From positions 9,818,101-9,882,100 of the forward strand of contig NC_092677.1 of assembly GCF_964355755.1 (NCBI RefSeq): a DNA stretch of 64,000 nucleotides, read 5' to 3'. The position numbers and the translations under genes are program-made. How positions within the stretch are numbered: the stretch's first letter is position 1; every line of letters starts with the position of its first letter. Below are positions 39,309 to 52,517 of this stretch, piece after piece. The stretch comes from Antedon mediterranea. Its lineage: Eukaryota > Animalia > Echinodermata. A model generated the notes under the pieces. That model saw nothing but the letters and a program-made list of their open reading frames with translations, did no database searches and was not told the DNA's origin.

Positions 39309-41786
39309 TAACATCTTCATTGTAATCTGGAAATACTGTATCAAATGATATTTTCATTAAAAAAACACATTGAACTTTGCCTTTTTAACAACCATTTAAA
39401 TTGGCTGTCAGGTACTGGATGAGTGAATGTATAAATATTGAACAAAGGTTGAAGTAGCAACCCTAACACCTGCTAGGCTGATTATATTTGGGACAGAACC
39501 CTTGATAATCAATAAGGGTTTCGATCTCATCTGTGATCTGCAGCTTCTGAACCTGGTTGGGATAAACATTATCATTTAGCATAATCACTCATGATGAGAT
39601 AAAGCCTTTGACTTGTGCTTCAATGCTCAAGGCACTGCACCTGGTTCCCTCATGCTTCTTGGCAGGAGAACTAGGCCTTGGTGGTGGTGTATGTTTGTCA
39701 GGAGAATATTTTATTGGCCTTACCTGACCTAGGCCTACATCTGTGGGTTTGAATGGAGGTGTGGTGATGTCTTTAATTTATTTATTTCATGTTGACATGC
39801 CAGACCATAATAAACATGTGTTTCTGGAATTTTTATATTCAAGAGACATTATAAGAATCATGTTTTATATAGGCTTTATAATAATTTGATTAAAAATAAT
39901 AATTCTGTTACAAACACATTGCTGTGGAATGCAGAGGCTTGTATGCAACAAGCCCGGCGGAAGCAACCTATTAACAGTTTATCATTTTAATATCTTGATA
40001 GATTTCATGTTCACCTGTTTTTTACCCGTTAATTATTTAGAGTTTTGTTATTTATGTGTTCTTTAAATACTGTACCATTACATTTCAAAGGTTTCCTAAT
40101 GCAGAATAGATTTCTTTATTTTATTTATTTCATCATTTTTGCTTCTACTACTAGGCATTTTACAATTTCTGTGTCTGCTATCAAAAAATGGGGAAAGACC
40201 CATAACAATTTATACTAGTACTAGTAGATCCTTCAATAAAGTTCACTGACATTAAACGATATATTATTGTATATGAATTATATTATATAGTGTAGCAGAA
40301 GGAAAATGACAGTTAATGGAATGTCTAGAATGAGCAGACAATGTCTGACATACCAGCCTATTGAACCTGCACTACTAAATCATTTATGGAACTTTGTAAA
40401 ATGATTTTTTTTCTCCATATAGTGACATACAGGAAAATGTAAACTACTCAAAGTTTATTAGAATATTCTCCTCTGAAGTTTTGTTGCAAAAAAAGGAGGG
40501 GTAAGTTCAAAGGGCTGATGGTGACCATCTGCAACTAAAAAGCTGCCATTCAGCTTCCTTCCAGTTCCAGATGAAAGCAAAGCTACTCTTTAATCTTTTA
40601 GTAAAAATTAATACTCAGAATATTTTCCGTCAACCTCTTGAAAGAACCACATTAGTAGAACTTGTCCCCTTCATTCCTTCTGTCAATATGAAGAGGACAA
40701 TGTCAGTCCAATCAAACATTTCCATAATTTGTAAATACCTGAAATACTTTTATTTCTATTTCTTTATTAAAACATTTGTAAACAGATTTGACAATGAAAT
40801 AAATCTTATAATTATTGGGAATTTTGAAAATGAACAACACATGTTCTGTTTGTCCCTATTAGATCACCACTAGTGAATCATAATTGTAAGAATGTTCTGC
40901 CATTATCCTTTCACTATATTTGATTGAAGGAATTGTGCCTCTTTCCAATGGTTCCCCATTTCTGCCTATATTCTATACATCAGTTTGCTCCAACGTTTCT
41001 TCAAACTCAACATCTTTATCTTGGTACTACTTTCTTTTGTGTGCATCAATATTCTTCATCTCTTTTCTGCGCATTAATATTCATCTCTTTTGTGTGCATT
41101 AATATTCATCCTCTCTCTATTTCCTTTCCAATTCATCAGTTTTCTCCAATGTTTCTTCAGCTATTGGTAAATTGTTCCATAACTTTAACCTATTACACCT
41201 CCATACTTTGTTTTTTTCTGCATAGATCTATTTCATCTCGGCATAAGTTTCATTTACACATATTATGTAATAGTCATTGTACTTTGTGATACTTGTCCAC
41301 TTAGAATGTAGTCAATAGCTTTTAATAGTAACTACATTTTATTATTTTTGCACTATTCTGTACATACCTTCATGAACAGCAGTGTGTTATAATACAGTGC
41401 TGTTATTCATGTTGATGGCTTAAAAAATGTCTCAATAATTGGAATGAAGGTAGGTAATTGTATGCCATAATTAGGATAACATCAAGATGACCCTATAACA
41501 AATTCCATATACAACACAACAAATCATCAGTTTGGATTATGAAAGTACAAAAAATCATAGTACTACACCCATAGGACTAATAATGGAGGGTGAAGAATGT
41601 ATGAATATAAGGACAATGAACTGTAGAGTTTTTCATAGTTGCAGTTATAAACTGTCCATCATAAATTAATGGCACTTGCCTAGTATGTTTAAATTTTGTT
41701 CAGTCCTGTCAACATTTAAATATCCTTCCACCAGGGAAGACCAAACACAAGTTGTTAATTGTGTGTTAGTGGTGAACATATGTTAA

Positions 41787-42525
41787 TAGCAGGGTAACTT
41801 AGCACTTTTTTTGTGCACTTTGTGACAAAAGCACCAAATTTGGCACAAACCTTCTTTAGGGTATATCTAACAATCCTAGAAGGGGTGCCCAAAAATCGGA
41901 ACAATTTAACGACGTCATTTGGACCACGCCCTTTTTTTAGTATTACGTAATTAGATGAAAACTTAAATCTTCGTATATACATACCAAGTTTGGTATCAAA
42001 TTAAAACTCATGACATGTACATTGCAATACACACATAAAAAATATATGATTTCTCTTCAGACGGAATATATAGGTCAAATAATGTAATTTTCTGTCATAT
42101 TGAAGGGTATTTCAATCAAAACGTGCCAATATTGTGCTATGTTATGAACATTGTAGTTATAAGAACAACAACATTCATTTTTGTAATAGTACGAATATAT
42201 ATTTATCCTGTACCAGTTACTTTCCTTAAATAATATTAGGAACCACTGAAAAAAAGTATATAAAACATATACTGTATCAAACTTGGGCTCAATAACCACT
42301 GGACTATTAGTAAACCGACAAAAGACTATTTGACTGACAATTATGGCGTTAGCATCCATAACAATACATGGAGGTGATAATCAACTTTACTTTTATGAAA
42401 TTATTTATCTGGAAACAAACACTTAGGTACAGAGTTGCTAGAGGACGAACAAGTTCCACGGCATGGGTAACAAGACCAGTGCACTGCTGAACAGCACTTG
42501 CAGTTCCCTGAGCAAAAAGGCAACT
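41787..42525. repeat. Left inverted arm of Academ element
   Basis: Reverse complement of 44357-45107; gives the same translated stretch in ORFs 41755..41982(-) and 44902..45096(+). Confidence 0.92.
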
Positions 42526-44362
42526 TTTTGCAGCCACACTTTAGCAATTCCCTACATGCCTTGGATGCTTAAGGTAGTATTGTCCAGACTGGTGTCCATG
42601 TACTGCCGGTTTTGGTGATGGAGCATTCTGCTGTGGCTGTAGACTGGTGGTCCAAATGCTTGCTTGGTATATGGATCTGTTGGAATGCTGTAAAAGTGCA
42701 TCCTGCAATAAACAATTTAAAGATTGGTGTTACCTTTTAATGAAAGAAAAACATGAACCTGATAATAAATTATTAAACGACAATTGACAATTATATGGAA
42801 GCTCCCCTTACCTGTGTAGGAGGAATGTTGTCCATTGTCCGTGCCTTTCTTGAAAAAAAGGTCTTGTCTTAGCTTAGTAACACTTCTTAAAGTACTTGTC
42901 TTGTCGTATAGATGACATGTAAACTCCTCTAGCAACTGGAATTGAGATGAGTTGACTCCTAGAGATTTGAAAGGGTGATGTGCCATGAAAAGAAAGGCTT
43001 CTGTAACTGCTGGAAATGAGTTCCACGTCTCCCATGCGGAGTGTTTTGCTTTCCCGAAGAACTGGGATGTAGTATCGGACCCAGTAAATGCATGAAAAAC
43101 TGGCAGCCCTCTTGACTTATCCTCTCCTAGGTTATGGCAGATGGTATTTATATTAAAATATTGGAAGTGCTTACCCATGCCAAATGCGACCCAGATACAC
43201 GTACCAGGATAACAGGCTATTAGATTGCAGAAAATACCAACCAGGATAACAATGACATCAGTATCAACTGTACGCCCTGTATAACCCTGCTACCTTTCTT
43301 TAAGGCATCATCAATGTGAATGCGCATCTTGGAGTCGGCCTCTTCATGGTCGCAGATCGACATAGGTTGAGTAGATGTCAACATACAAAAGACTCGCCTA
43401 CAGGACATATATCAAGAATTACTTACTATTTAATATGCCTTTTTAATTAATTATTGGTATGAAACTGTATAAGTAAATTAATCGTTTGGTTACAAACAAA
43501 ACAAATTAGTATGTATCATAATAAAACTTACCTGATGCAGTCAGAGTAATCATGGGTAGACACCTTTGTAGTTAAAAAGTTAAATAACTCCTCTTTATTT
43601 ACTGGATCTTTCAGAAAGTCTGGAAAATTCCCTGGAATCTTTGTTTGTCCCCCAACTTTCCTCCTGACCCCTTTTCCTTTTTTTTCTCCTGTAGACTGCT
43701 TAAGACTATCTGTTCTGTAAGTGTCCCACACTATATCAATTCTGTTACTATTCTGCAGCTGCTGTCTGGTCCACGGTAGAAAGACCTGTCATACAAATGA
43801 TACAAGAATAACGATCCGCATATAGAAGTGACCAATTATATGGTGGTTAAACAATAGATACAATCCTGAATGCAAAGAAATGTACTCACCTTATCACCGT
43901 AGTCATCAAATGTAAATGCATGGTTGCTGGAAAGAGCATGGACAATAGCAGCTCCGTCAAACACCTTTACATCAAAATATGTAGGAGGTTCAGGCTGGCC
44001 TTCAGTCTCCAAATGCTGTAGCAACTCAGACTTCTTAGTTGGTAGTCGAAGCTTTCCATTTACTGCCAAAGAGGGTGGCCATGGCTGGTTTTCGTGCATG
44101 AAGAAGTCTTCCAAATCTCCATCACGAGATTGACTTGCAATATACAGTCGCTTTGTTTTGGACACTGATTTTGACCATGGTGTTTGATGGCTTGTTGAAT
44201 AATTGCAACACTTCTGTCGAGAATAACTTCCTTGAAATATTTTTGGTACTGGGTAGTACCTACATCCTGAATTGTACGAACTGTCACTACTGCACTTTCA
44301 TTGGCACAATCTCGAGCATCCAAGACCAGAAGTTCTGAACAATTATCGAGGAATTGGTTGCC
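42425..44362 (-). pseudogene. C-terminal part of AcademX protein (XPG/PIN-H3TH nuclease + Cys8/CXC finger), 4 exons, frameshifted
   Basis: Motifs GNQFLDNCSELLVLD, FFMHENQPWPPSL, FDGAAIVH, DIVWDTY, CDHEEADSK, FHAFTGSDTTSQFFGK, PPTQ|DALLQHSNRSIYQA, KCGCKK..CSGNCKC. GT-AG introns at 43889-43786, 43531-43398 and 42811-42703. Frameshifts present; N-terminal transposase part absent. Confidence 0.88.
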
Positions 44363-45107
44363 TGCATTGCTCAGGGAACTGCAAGTACCGTTCAGCAGGT
44401 CTTTCTTGCACTGGTCTTTGTTATCCATGCCGTGGAACCTGTTCGTCATCTAGCAACTCTGTACCATTATAAGTGTTAGTTTCCAGATAAATAATTTCAT
44501 AAAAGTAAAGTTGATAATCACCTCCATGTATTGCTATGGATGCTAACGCCATAATTGTCAGTCAAATGGTCTTTTGTCTGTTTACTTAGTCCAGTGATTA
44601 TTGAGCCAAGTTTGATACAGTATATGTTTTATATACTTTTTTTCAGTGGTTCCTAATATTATGTTAAAGGAAAGTAACTGATACAGGATAAATATATATT
44701 AGTAGTTGTATTACAAAAATGAATGTTGTTGTTCTTATAACTACAATGTTCATAACATAGCCCAATATTGGCGCGTTTTGATTGAAATCCCTTTCAATAT
44801 GACAGAAAATGACATTATTTGACCTGAAGAGAAATCATATGTTTTTTATGTGTGTATTGCAATGTACATGTCATGAGTTTTAATTTGATACCAAACTTGG
44901 TATGTATATACGAAGATTTAAGTTTTCATCTAATTACGTAATACTAAAAAAAGGGCGTGGTCCAAATGACGTCGTTAAATTGTTCCGATTTTTGGGCACC
45001 CCTTCTAGAATTGTTAGATATACCCTAAAGAAGGTTTGTGCCAAATTTGGTGCTTTTGTCACAAAATGCACAATCTTCATAAAAAATGGAAGTTAGCAAC
45101 CCTGCTA
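44357..45107. repeat. Right inverted arm of Academ element
   Basis: Reverse complement of 41787-42525, including Cys-finger coding sequence CSGNCKYRSAGLSCTGLCYPCRGTC. Confidence 0.92.
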
Positions 45108-48100
45108 TAACAATTAATTGCTTGGTTAATGGCCATCTAGAGGTCACTAGAGCCATACACATTTTATTTTGAAATTCTAGGGTGTGTGTACCCCTACAGG
45201 CAAACATTTCTCCATCTTTGACAAAAATGTGTTTAAAACATTACTTTTATTATGTAGTTTGCAGTGAAATAATCAACAGTATTTTTTCATGGAACCCATA
45301 TGAACTATTTTGTTCTGGTTTTGTTTGTCTACCTCTTTTCAGTACTATTAATGTTTGTTGTTTACCTTCTTACCGCCATCTTTTTGTTCACATTCAGTTT
45401 TTCTGATATTTTTTTTTTTAGTTTTTCTTTTTTGGTAAAATTATTTTATTAACTTTCTTCTTTCTATTATTATCTTTACGCTTATGAAGGTGAATAGGTA
45501 ATAATTGGTGAACTTCTTTGATGTTTATGTTTTCTTTGAATGAAAGAAGGCAATGCTTTGAATTGATGTTGAAAATGATTTCATAAATCCTGTTTATAAC
45601 GTATACAAACGTATTAATGAAATCATAATTCAAAAGAATATTGACAGGGAGATGACTAATGACCGCAGGTTGATGTTTTTACTCTCAACATGATTTATCA
45701 TTCTTGTTTTACAGACCAAGCTCATGATGTTTTTGAATATTTCGTCTTCTATGTGAATCTTTAATTTCAAAGGTTACATTAATAATTTACTTTATGATAT
45801 TGTAGCTGTAAATGTTTGTACCCCATGTTATTTTGATAGTGCAAAGTAAATAGAAGGGAAATTTTCGCAGCAGAAACAGGCCATGTAAAGATAATGTATG
45901 TAACGTATTAAAAATCTATTTGTGGTAGCCTATAATAGCACACTGTACATCTGCTATTTGAACTAGAGGCCATCAATGTTTTTGTTGTTACTGCCTGTCC
46001 CAATTTACAAAGTCAAATGTGTGGTCTGTCATGTCATCAACACCCAAGTCCTTAGAGGCTCAATTACTTGGTTAGGAGGTATTTTAAGTTAAAATTAACC
46101 TTTAAAACCACCAGGAATTTGCCATAAAGATTAATTGCCATCAAAAGTAACAAGATTAATCCAATCTTATCTAATACTAATCCATTATTAAGCCTATTAG
46201 GCTTTTGAGTTACAAAAAGCATATCTATATGTAGTGATTATCACTGTGCAAATATTGATAGGATATGAATTTCTGAAATGTTCTGTATTGGGGATAATTG
46301 GCTTTTGTTGGGTGGTAATCATTTACGCCCTAATGAGCTAAGATATTATGATAAGACGTTTGATTGATATGCATACCATTGATTGGCAGTTACATATACC
46401 AATTTTTGTTCAGTGGCTTCCACACGAAAATGCATCTGTAGTAGCTTAGGCTATGTTTATACAACACCCTAAAGTTGAATCCGTCTTTAATTTTTAGCGT
46501 GTTGCACGGGCCGAGGTCAACCCCACAAAAACCTTGCAGTTATACATGAAATCTTAATACCGTGTTATACTGTAGTTCATAATCCTAAGTTGTATAATAT
46601 ACTTGCATGCATTATGAATTAATATGAGTTTATATTGAGGATTTTAATAAAGGATGATTTCGTTTAAAATTTAGTTTATTCAATTATTGATTTTTAAAAT
46701 CTTCTTTTGAAATTAGAAAAAAAATGTTTTAGAATTAGGATAAAACTATGCTACATTTTGCCAAATTATGCTAACATTTGATTAGTGTTAATGTTAAGTG
46801 CTAAATCGGTTAAAATATGCAAAAAAGCACAATTATCTACTAGATTTGGTCAACATTTTCACAGCACATACTTTTATTTAACGAGAGGTCAAAACAATAC
46901 CCTGAGGACACTTCCAACACGCCAACAGCAACCGGGAATCCACAAAATTTTAGGATTCAGCCAAGTAGCCTTTTTTGCAATTAAAATCTCATTACCCGGA
47001 ATCTCTTCAATGTTATACAACACACTTTTTGTAGGCGTGTTGAATATGCGTGTAATAGCGTGTTGTATAAACGCGCCCATAGATGCTAAACATGTTTCGT
47101 AGTGGTAATGTTTGTTTATAGCATAGAATAATTCTAAGTGTACATTTAGTAGTGGTCACATGAGATACTTCAGTCTAGAGTAGTGGACATTTTTTTTTGT
47201 AGCACAGCAGTAGTTTTGTTCAGCAGCAGTAGTTATAATAATGTACTGTATTAGCCTTCATATTACAGTAGAACAGGTTGTGTACCTCAATATTACTCAC
47301 AGAGTGGGAGGTCCAAATTTACTACACAAAACAAGTGATGTATCAATAACTAAACTAGATGATGAACAAGATAAGAGACAGCCTTGTATTGTTACTAGCC
47401 TTTTAAAGGTATGCAAACAATTATAATTCCAGTGTTCAACACACAACAGGTCTGCTTACCTTCAACCAGTAGCAGTTGACCACTTGTGCTGCTGTTTGGT
47501 CAGTGTCCTCGCTCATCTGATGGTCAATCATTGGACCAGCAGGTGGTTTCAGTTTATTTATAGTTGAGTGGTTCTTGGCTTGAGGGAGAATCATCTTTCT
47601 GATTTTTCAATTTCAATTATGATATTATAGCAATGGTCATTACAGTCTACTTTAACTACTAAATAAAACCGATTTTTGTATTACATGTCTTTGTTATAGG
47701 GAAGATTTGAACCCGTAACTGTGGAATTGGTAGCCAAACATCTCAATGATATAATAATATGACATGATTGACATGATTGACATGTATTGCATTGAGTTCA
47801 TATATTCACATGTATATTCTCATCCTTAGTAGCAACAGGAAACACAACATATTTGATCAATTTTTTCTTCAACAATTATTATTGTTTAAAGGATTGCGGG
47901 AAGACGGTTTCAACCATACCTTACACAAGGTGCCATTTGGGTACCATGTGTTATATATACCATGTTATAAGTAATAAAATTTAAGTGAAATTGCCTTCTA
48001 ATCATTTGTAATTGTGGTCTATGGTCGAAGATTCTCTAACTAAATTGAAAAAATGAAATATCCACATGATCCATTTATGAATAATTCTGTAAACTTGTGC

Positions 48101-49730
48101 ATGGGTGATCAAATACAGGTAGCAAATTCAAGAATGGGTTTTTAAAAAAAGGGAAAAAATATGTACGACAGTATTACCAAAATATCTGCAGTGTTCAAGT
48201 TGCTTGATAGCCCTTGAGTTCTATGTTACAAACTCCTTTACATTTTTTCTAATGTTTACATAATGTAGACAATCAGAACTTGATTGACAAGTAGCGAGTC
48301 ATCTTAATATGATATACAAATTACAATCTCACGTACTGTAGGTAAACATTGCTACGATGTGTGACAACGCAAAATTCTCCTCAAGATGGAGACAGGTTGG
48401 TGGCCAATGGTAATAGCCAATCAAATGGTGCAATGATTGCCAATTTCCTTTGGTCTTTTTTGACATTTTGTTTGCTCTGTTGGGTAATTTTACTGATTCA
48501 TGTTATTTTGCTGACCTTTTTGTGACCTCACAAATCTCGTTTGCAATTTTGTTGAAGATGATACTATTTTAATGTGAACCCACAATGTTTTTGATTCTAT
48601 TTTTAGTTCTTGTCTGATTACGCCACATGAAAAAAAAGGTGTTGATCATCCTTTTTTTTAAACAAAAATTGAAATGTAATAGGCCTAATAATATATTTAT
48701 TCGGTCACCAATGAAAAATAACCAGGATTGAGAATAGGCATAAAGCCCAAACAGATTCTGCACTCACTCCGAGTCCATAGATAATCCGTGTAAGTTCATT
48801 GGAAAAAAGAAAGGAAGGAAAGTGGGCAGAGCTTGGATGATGTAGCCTGGAGGGCTTGATTTTTATAACTAATTTATTATTATTAATTATATTATATTAT
48901 ATTGAAGAAATCAGAATGTTATAGCATCCTAAAAACATTGTTTTAAACCTAATATACAGTACAAACTTTCATTTGATTACAGTAGCAAATGCTTTGTTGG
49001 GATTCAAATTTAATTTTAACTTCCTTACGATAGCTAATAATTAAATTATAAGAGGAAGTTTTTTTCACATTAAAAAAAAATTGCTTTGTCGTTAAATCAC
49101 TTCCATTTTACCCCACAATTGCATCTCTCTAGAGCCACATTGGAATACATCCAAGCAATGTCTTGTCTAATTATCCCTTTACTTCTAATTAGCTTATTCC
49201 CCTTGTCATAAACTGCACAATTATTATTTATACTGCAATCACAGGAGAAGTATATGGATAATTTAATTTCTATGATTGTGATAAGCACCACAAACGGTTG
49301 ACAAGGCTTCCACCCACCATTTAACCTTAATTCATTTCCTTTTCCGCTAAATATGATTCTAAATATATTATATTATTAATTGTTGAAAAATTGTGAATCA
49401 TAATTTGTAAATCATAAGTGATCCTTCATAAAAAATATACAGTAAACAATGTTTAACATATTAACATATAGATTGATAAGAGAACAAATATAAATAAATA
49501 TTATAAATTGACCAAAAAAAGACCAAATTTATCTGTACAGTATTTTGATTTTCCCGGAACTCTGAGTTTACCGGAGTCACAATGTTGAGATTTAACTTTA
49601 TTATAGTCAGTATGGTTAGTTTTACGTTCAGGAAGGTCGGTGAAATTTACTGTTAGTCTTTTGTTTGTTTGTTTGTTTTATTTAAAAGATAAAAATTACA
49701 AATAACAAATAAGATAGACACATAACTTAA

Positions 49731-50356
49731 AGACCCCTTCCCTGCAATTTTGGACGCTTTTTGGAAAATAATACATATATATCACTTTAAAAACATTAAA
49801 CCATGTCATTCCTTGTCTTAAATGTACGTTTTATGGTAAATTATGATAAAAAGTGAGAAACAATGCACTACCTAAGTAGCTCGCGGCGATCGACCTCTCG
49901 TGGACGGTCTTAGGCCTAGCCTAGCTAGGCTTAGTTTTGTAGGCCTAGCTGGTAAACATCGGTAACGTACGAACATCGTACGCTACCTATATACCTAGCC
50001 TGACGTTGTATAGTTGCTGCATTAATTGTCTTTCTATTTTTGCCAGACTCCGTTGATACAAATTGGGGAAAACCCGGTATTTTCGCTGAAAAGTTAGGAG
50101 TCTTCCATTTGTTTTGGCCTCACGATCGATCGAAAAGTGGGCGAATTACAGGTGAAAAACAAAAATATCAATCCGCGCGCAATGCATTTTGGGATTTATA
50201 GCGGGCCGCTATAATTATTAGAATCGACTTATTTTTCACATTTTTAACCGTTTAAAGACGAAAAAAGTTATCGCAATAGGATCATATAGTATTATTGTTA
50301 CATTAAATATAGTTTGTGATCTTAAATTAGATCTAAAAAACGTAGGGAATGGGGCT
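49731..50356 (+). mobile_element. Kolobok-type MITE, copy 2, 626 bp
   Basis: TTAA|AGACCCC...GGGGCT|TTAA; only scattered substitutions relative to copy 1. Confidence 0.9.
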
Positions 50357-50487
50357 TTAAAAATTACAATAAACATAAAAACATCAAAAATATGCAGATG
50401 GAGGTCAAAATAAGTAGCGGACAACTTTAAAAGTTGCGGACAACTTTGAGGGTATTATAGCCAGCGTCTGGATTGAACTTTTCTTAA

Positions 50488-51113
50488 AGCCCCATTCCCT
50501 ACGTTTTTTAGATCTATTTTAAGATCACAAACTATATTTAATGTAAAAATAATACTATATGGTCCTATTGCGATAACTTTTTTCGTCTTTAAACGGTTAA
50601 AAATGTGAAAAATAAATCGATTCTAATAATTATAGAGGCCCGCTATAAATCCCAAAATGCATTGCGCGCGGATTGATATTTTTGTTTTTCACCTGTAATT
50701 CGCCCACTTTTCGATCGATCGTGAAGCCAAAACAAATGGAAGACTCCTAACTTTTCAGCGAAAATACCGGGTTTTCCCCAATTTGTATCAACGGAGTCTG
50801 GCAAAAATAGAAAGACAATTAATGCAGCAACTATACAACGTCAGGCTAGGTATATAGCTAGCGTACGATGTTCGTACGTTATCGATGTTTACCAGCTAGG
50901 CCTACAAAACTAAGCCTAGCTAGGCTAGGCCTAAGACCGTCCACGAGAGGTCGATCGCCGCGAGCTACTTAGGTAGTGCATTGTTTCTCACTTTTTATCA
51001 TAATTTACCATAAAACGTACATTTAAGACAAGGAATGACATGGTTTAATGTTTTTAAAGTGATATATATGTATTATTTTCCAAAAAACGTCCAAAATTGC
51101 AGGGAAGGGGTCT
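50488..51113 (-). mobile_element. Kolobok-type MITE, copy 3 (inverted), 626 bp
   Basis: TTAA|AGCCCCATTCCCT...AGGGAAGGGGTCT|TTAA; reverse complement of copies 1 and 2. Confidence 0.9.
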
Positions 51114-52517
51114 TTAACAAATATTTTCAAGCCATTTTTGTGTTTAATGCCATGTTAGATAGAAATATCAGTCTTCTAATCTAATGTGAACGATTATATA
51201 GACAACGTCTCCAGGTGGATTGCCATCCTGAGATGAGAGTGCATCGTCTTGTAGTAATTTTTCAGTACAGTTTTTTTTGTTAATTGGTACGTAACTTTAC
51301 GATAGATTCCGAAATAGAAGATGAATGAATGTGTTTGTACAGTAAATGTTGTACTAAACTGTACCAGTCTGCTTTAGGTGCACCATTTCCATGCCATCGC
51401 ACTTGCATGCACTTATTTTTTCCTCCATGCACTATGTAAAGCAGTGACCACTTTCAGATCTATGTGGTATTGGCTTAGTCATGTTGACAGTATTCATTGT
51501 ATGGATTTTTTTCAAAATATACATAAACCTGTTACAGTACATTACCACATCTAATACCCATAGCATTAAACATTATTAGATATGACCTACAGTATGTTAC
51601 TTCATGTCACAGATTACATTAAACAGACATTAACATTAGTTTACCCATCCCAGTTGTTACCAAAAAACCCCCAATGCATGGAGTCTACTAATTATTTTTA
51701 TCCCAGAACTCCTTGACCTTTTATCCTAAACATTAGGTACAGTAATTGACTTTGTAACGTTTGAGACAAACAGCATGTCATATGAATCAGGCTGACTCCA
51801 ATGTACAACAAAATCTGTTACCCCAATCTAGACACCTGTTGCACACTATTGCTAACCCTGACATATTCATCACAAACACTCAAGCAGGCCTGTTGCAGGT
51901 CAGTTAATTTTACGATATAAATAAATATAGTATTTTGATAATGTTTTTACTAGTCAGCAATACTAAAGTTAGCTGTTGCACAACCTTGTACTTTGCGGTT
52001 GTTAAAAAGAGACAGACATTTACCGCTAGATTAATTTCATAATAGCATTCATTAAGTACCCATTCACACTCATATGCGAGGTGTTACGTAATTCCTGAAT
52101 TTAAGAGCAATGCGCTTCTCATTGTAAAAAAACGATAATTAAAAGACCTTTAGTATATGACTAATTCTTCCATGATATTGACTGGTCTCCAGCTCATTGA
52201 GAGAATTTTATAAGAAATGAAGAAAAAGGGAAATAAATTTAAAGGAAAAAATAATAATAGCTGTGGTGTACTATAAACTACCCCCTCCCATTCCCAATTG
52301 CCCAACAAGTAACAACTTAACATGCATATTTAGTCTAATGTGGCATCACAACCCATATGTGCAGATCTGTGATCTTTCGTAACTCTTCTATGTACTTTTC
52401 TGAATAACTTAACCAAGCAGACCTACATAAACAAATAATGTAAATTCCTTCCATATGTCTGCATACTGTAGGTGCCTTGAATGTTTAACATCGAACCTAA
52501 TTGATGAAACTTAATAA

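Larger units (their letters stand above)
41787..45107 (-). mobile_element. AcademX-type DNA transposon, internally deleted, 3321 bp
   Basis: Termini TAGCAGGGT..ACCCTGCTA; 3-bp TSD TAA (41784-41786 / 45108-45110); ~750-bp inverted arms; internal XPG-like nuclease plus Cys8 finger. TAG..CTA ends, 3-4 bp TSD and XPG+Cys8 are the described Academ/AcademX features. Confidence 0.85.

Noticed and set aside
41755-45096. Duplicated small gene MYIRRFKFSSNY.. (ORFs 41755..41982 and 44902..45096)
   Set aside because: Simply the two inverted arms of the Academ element; no coding features.
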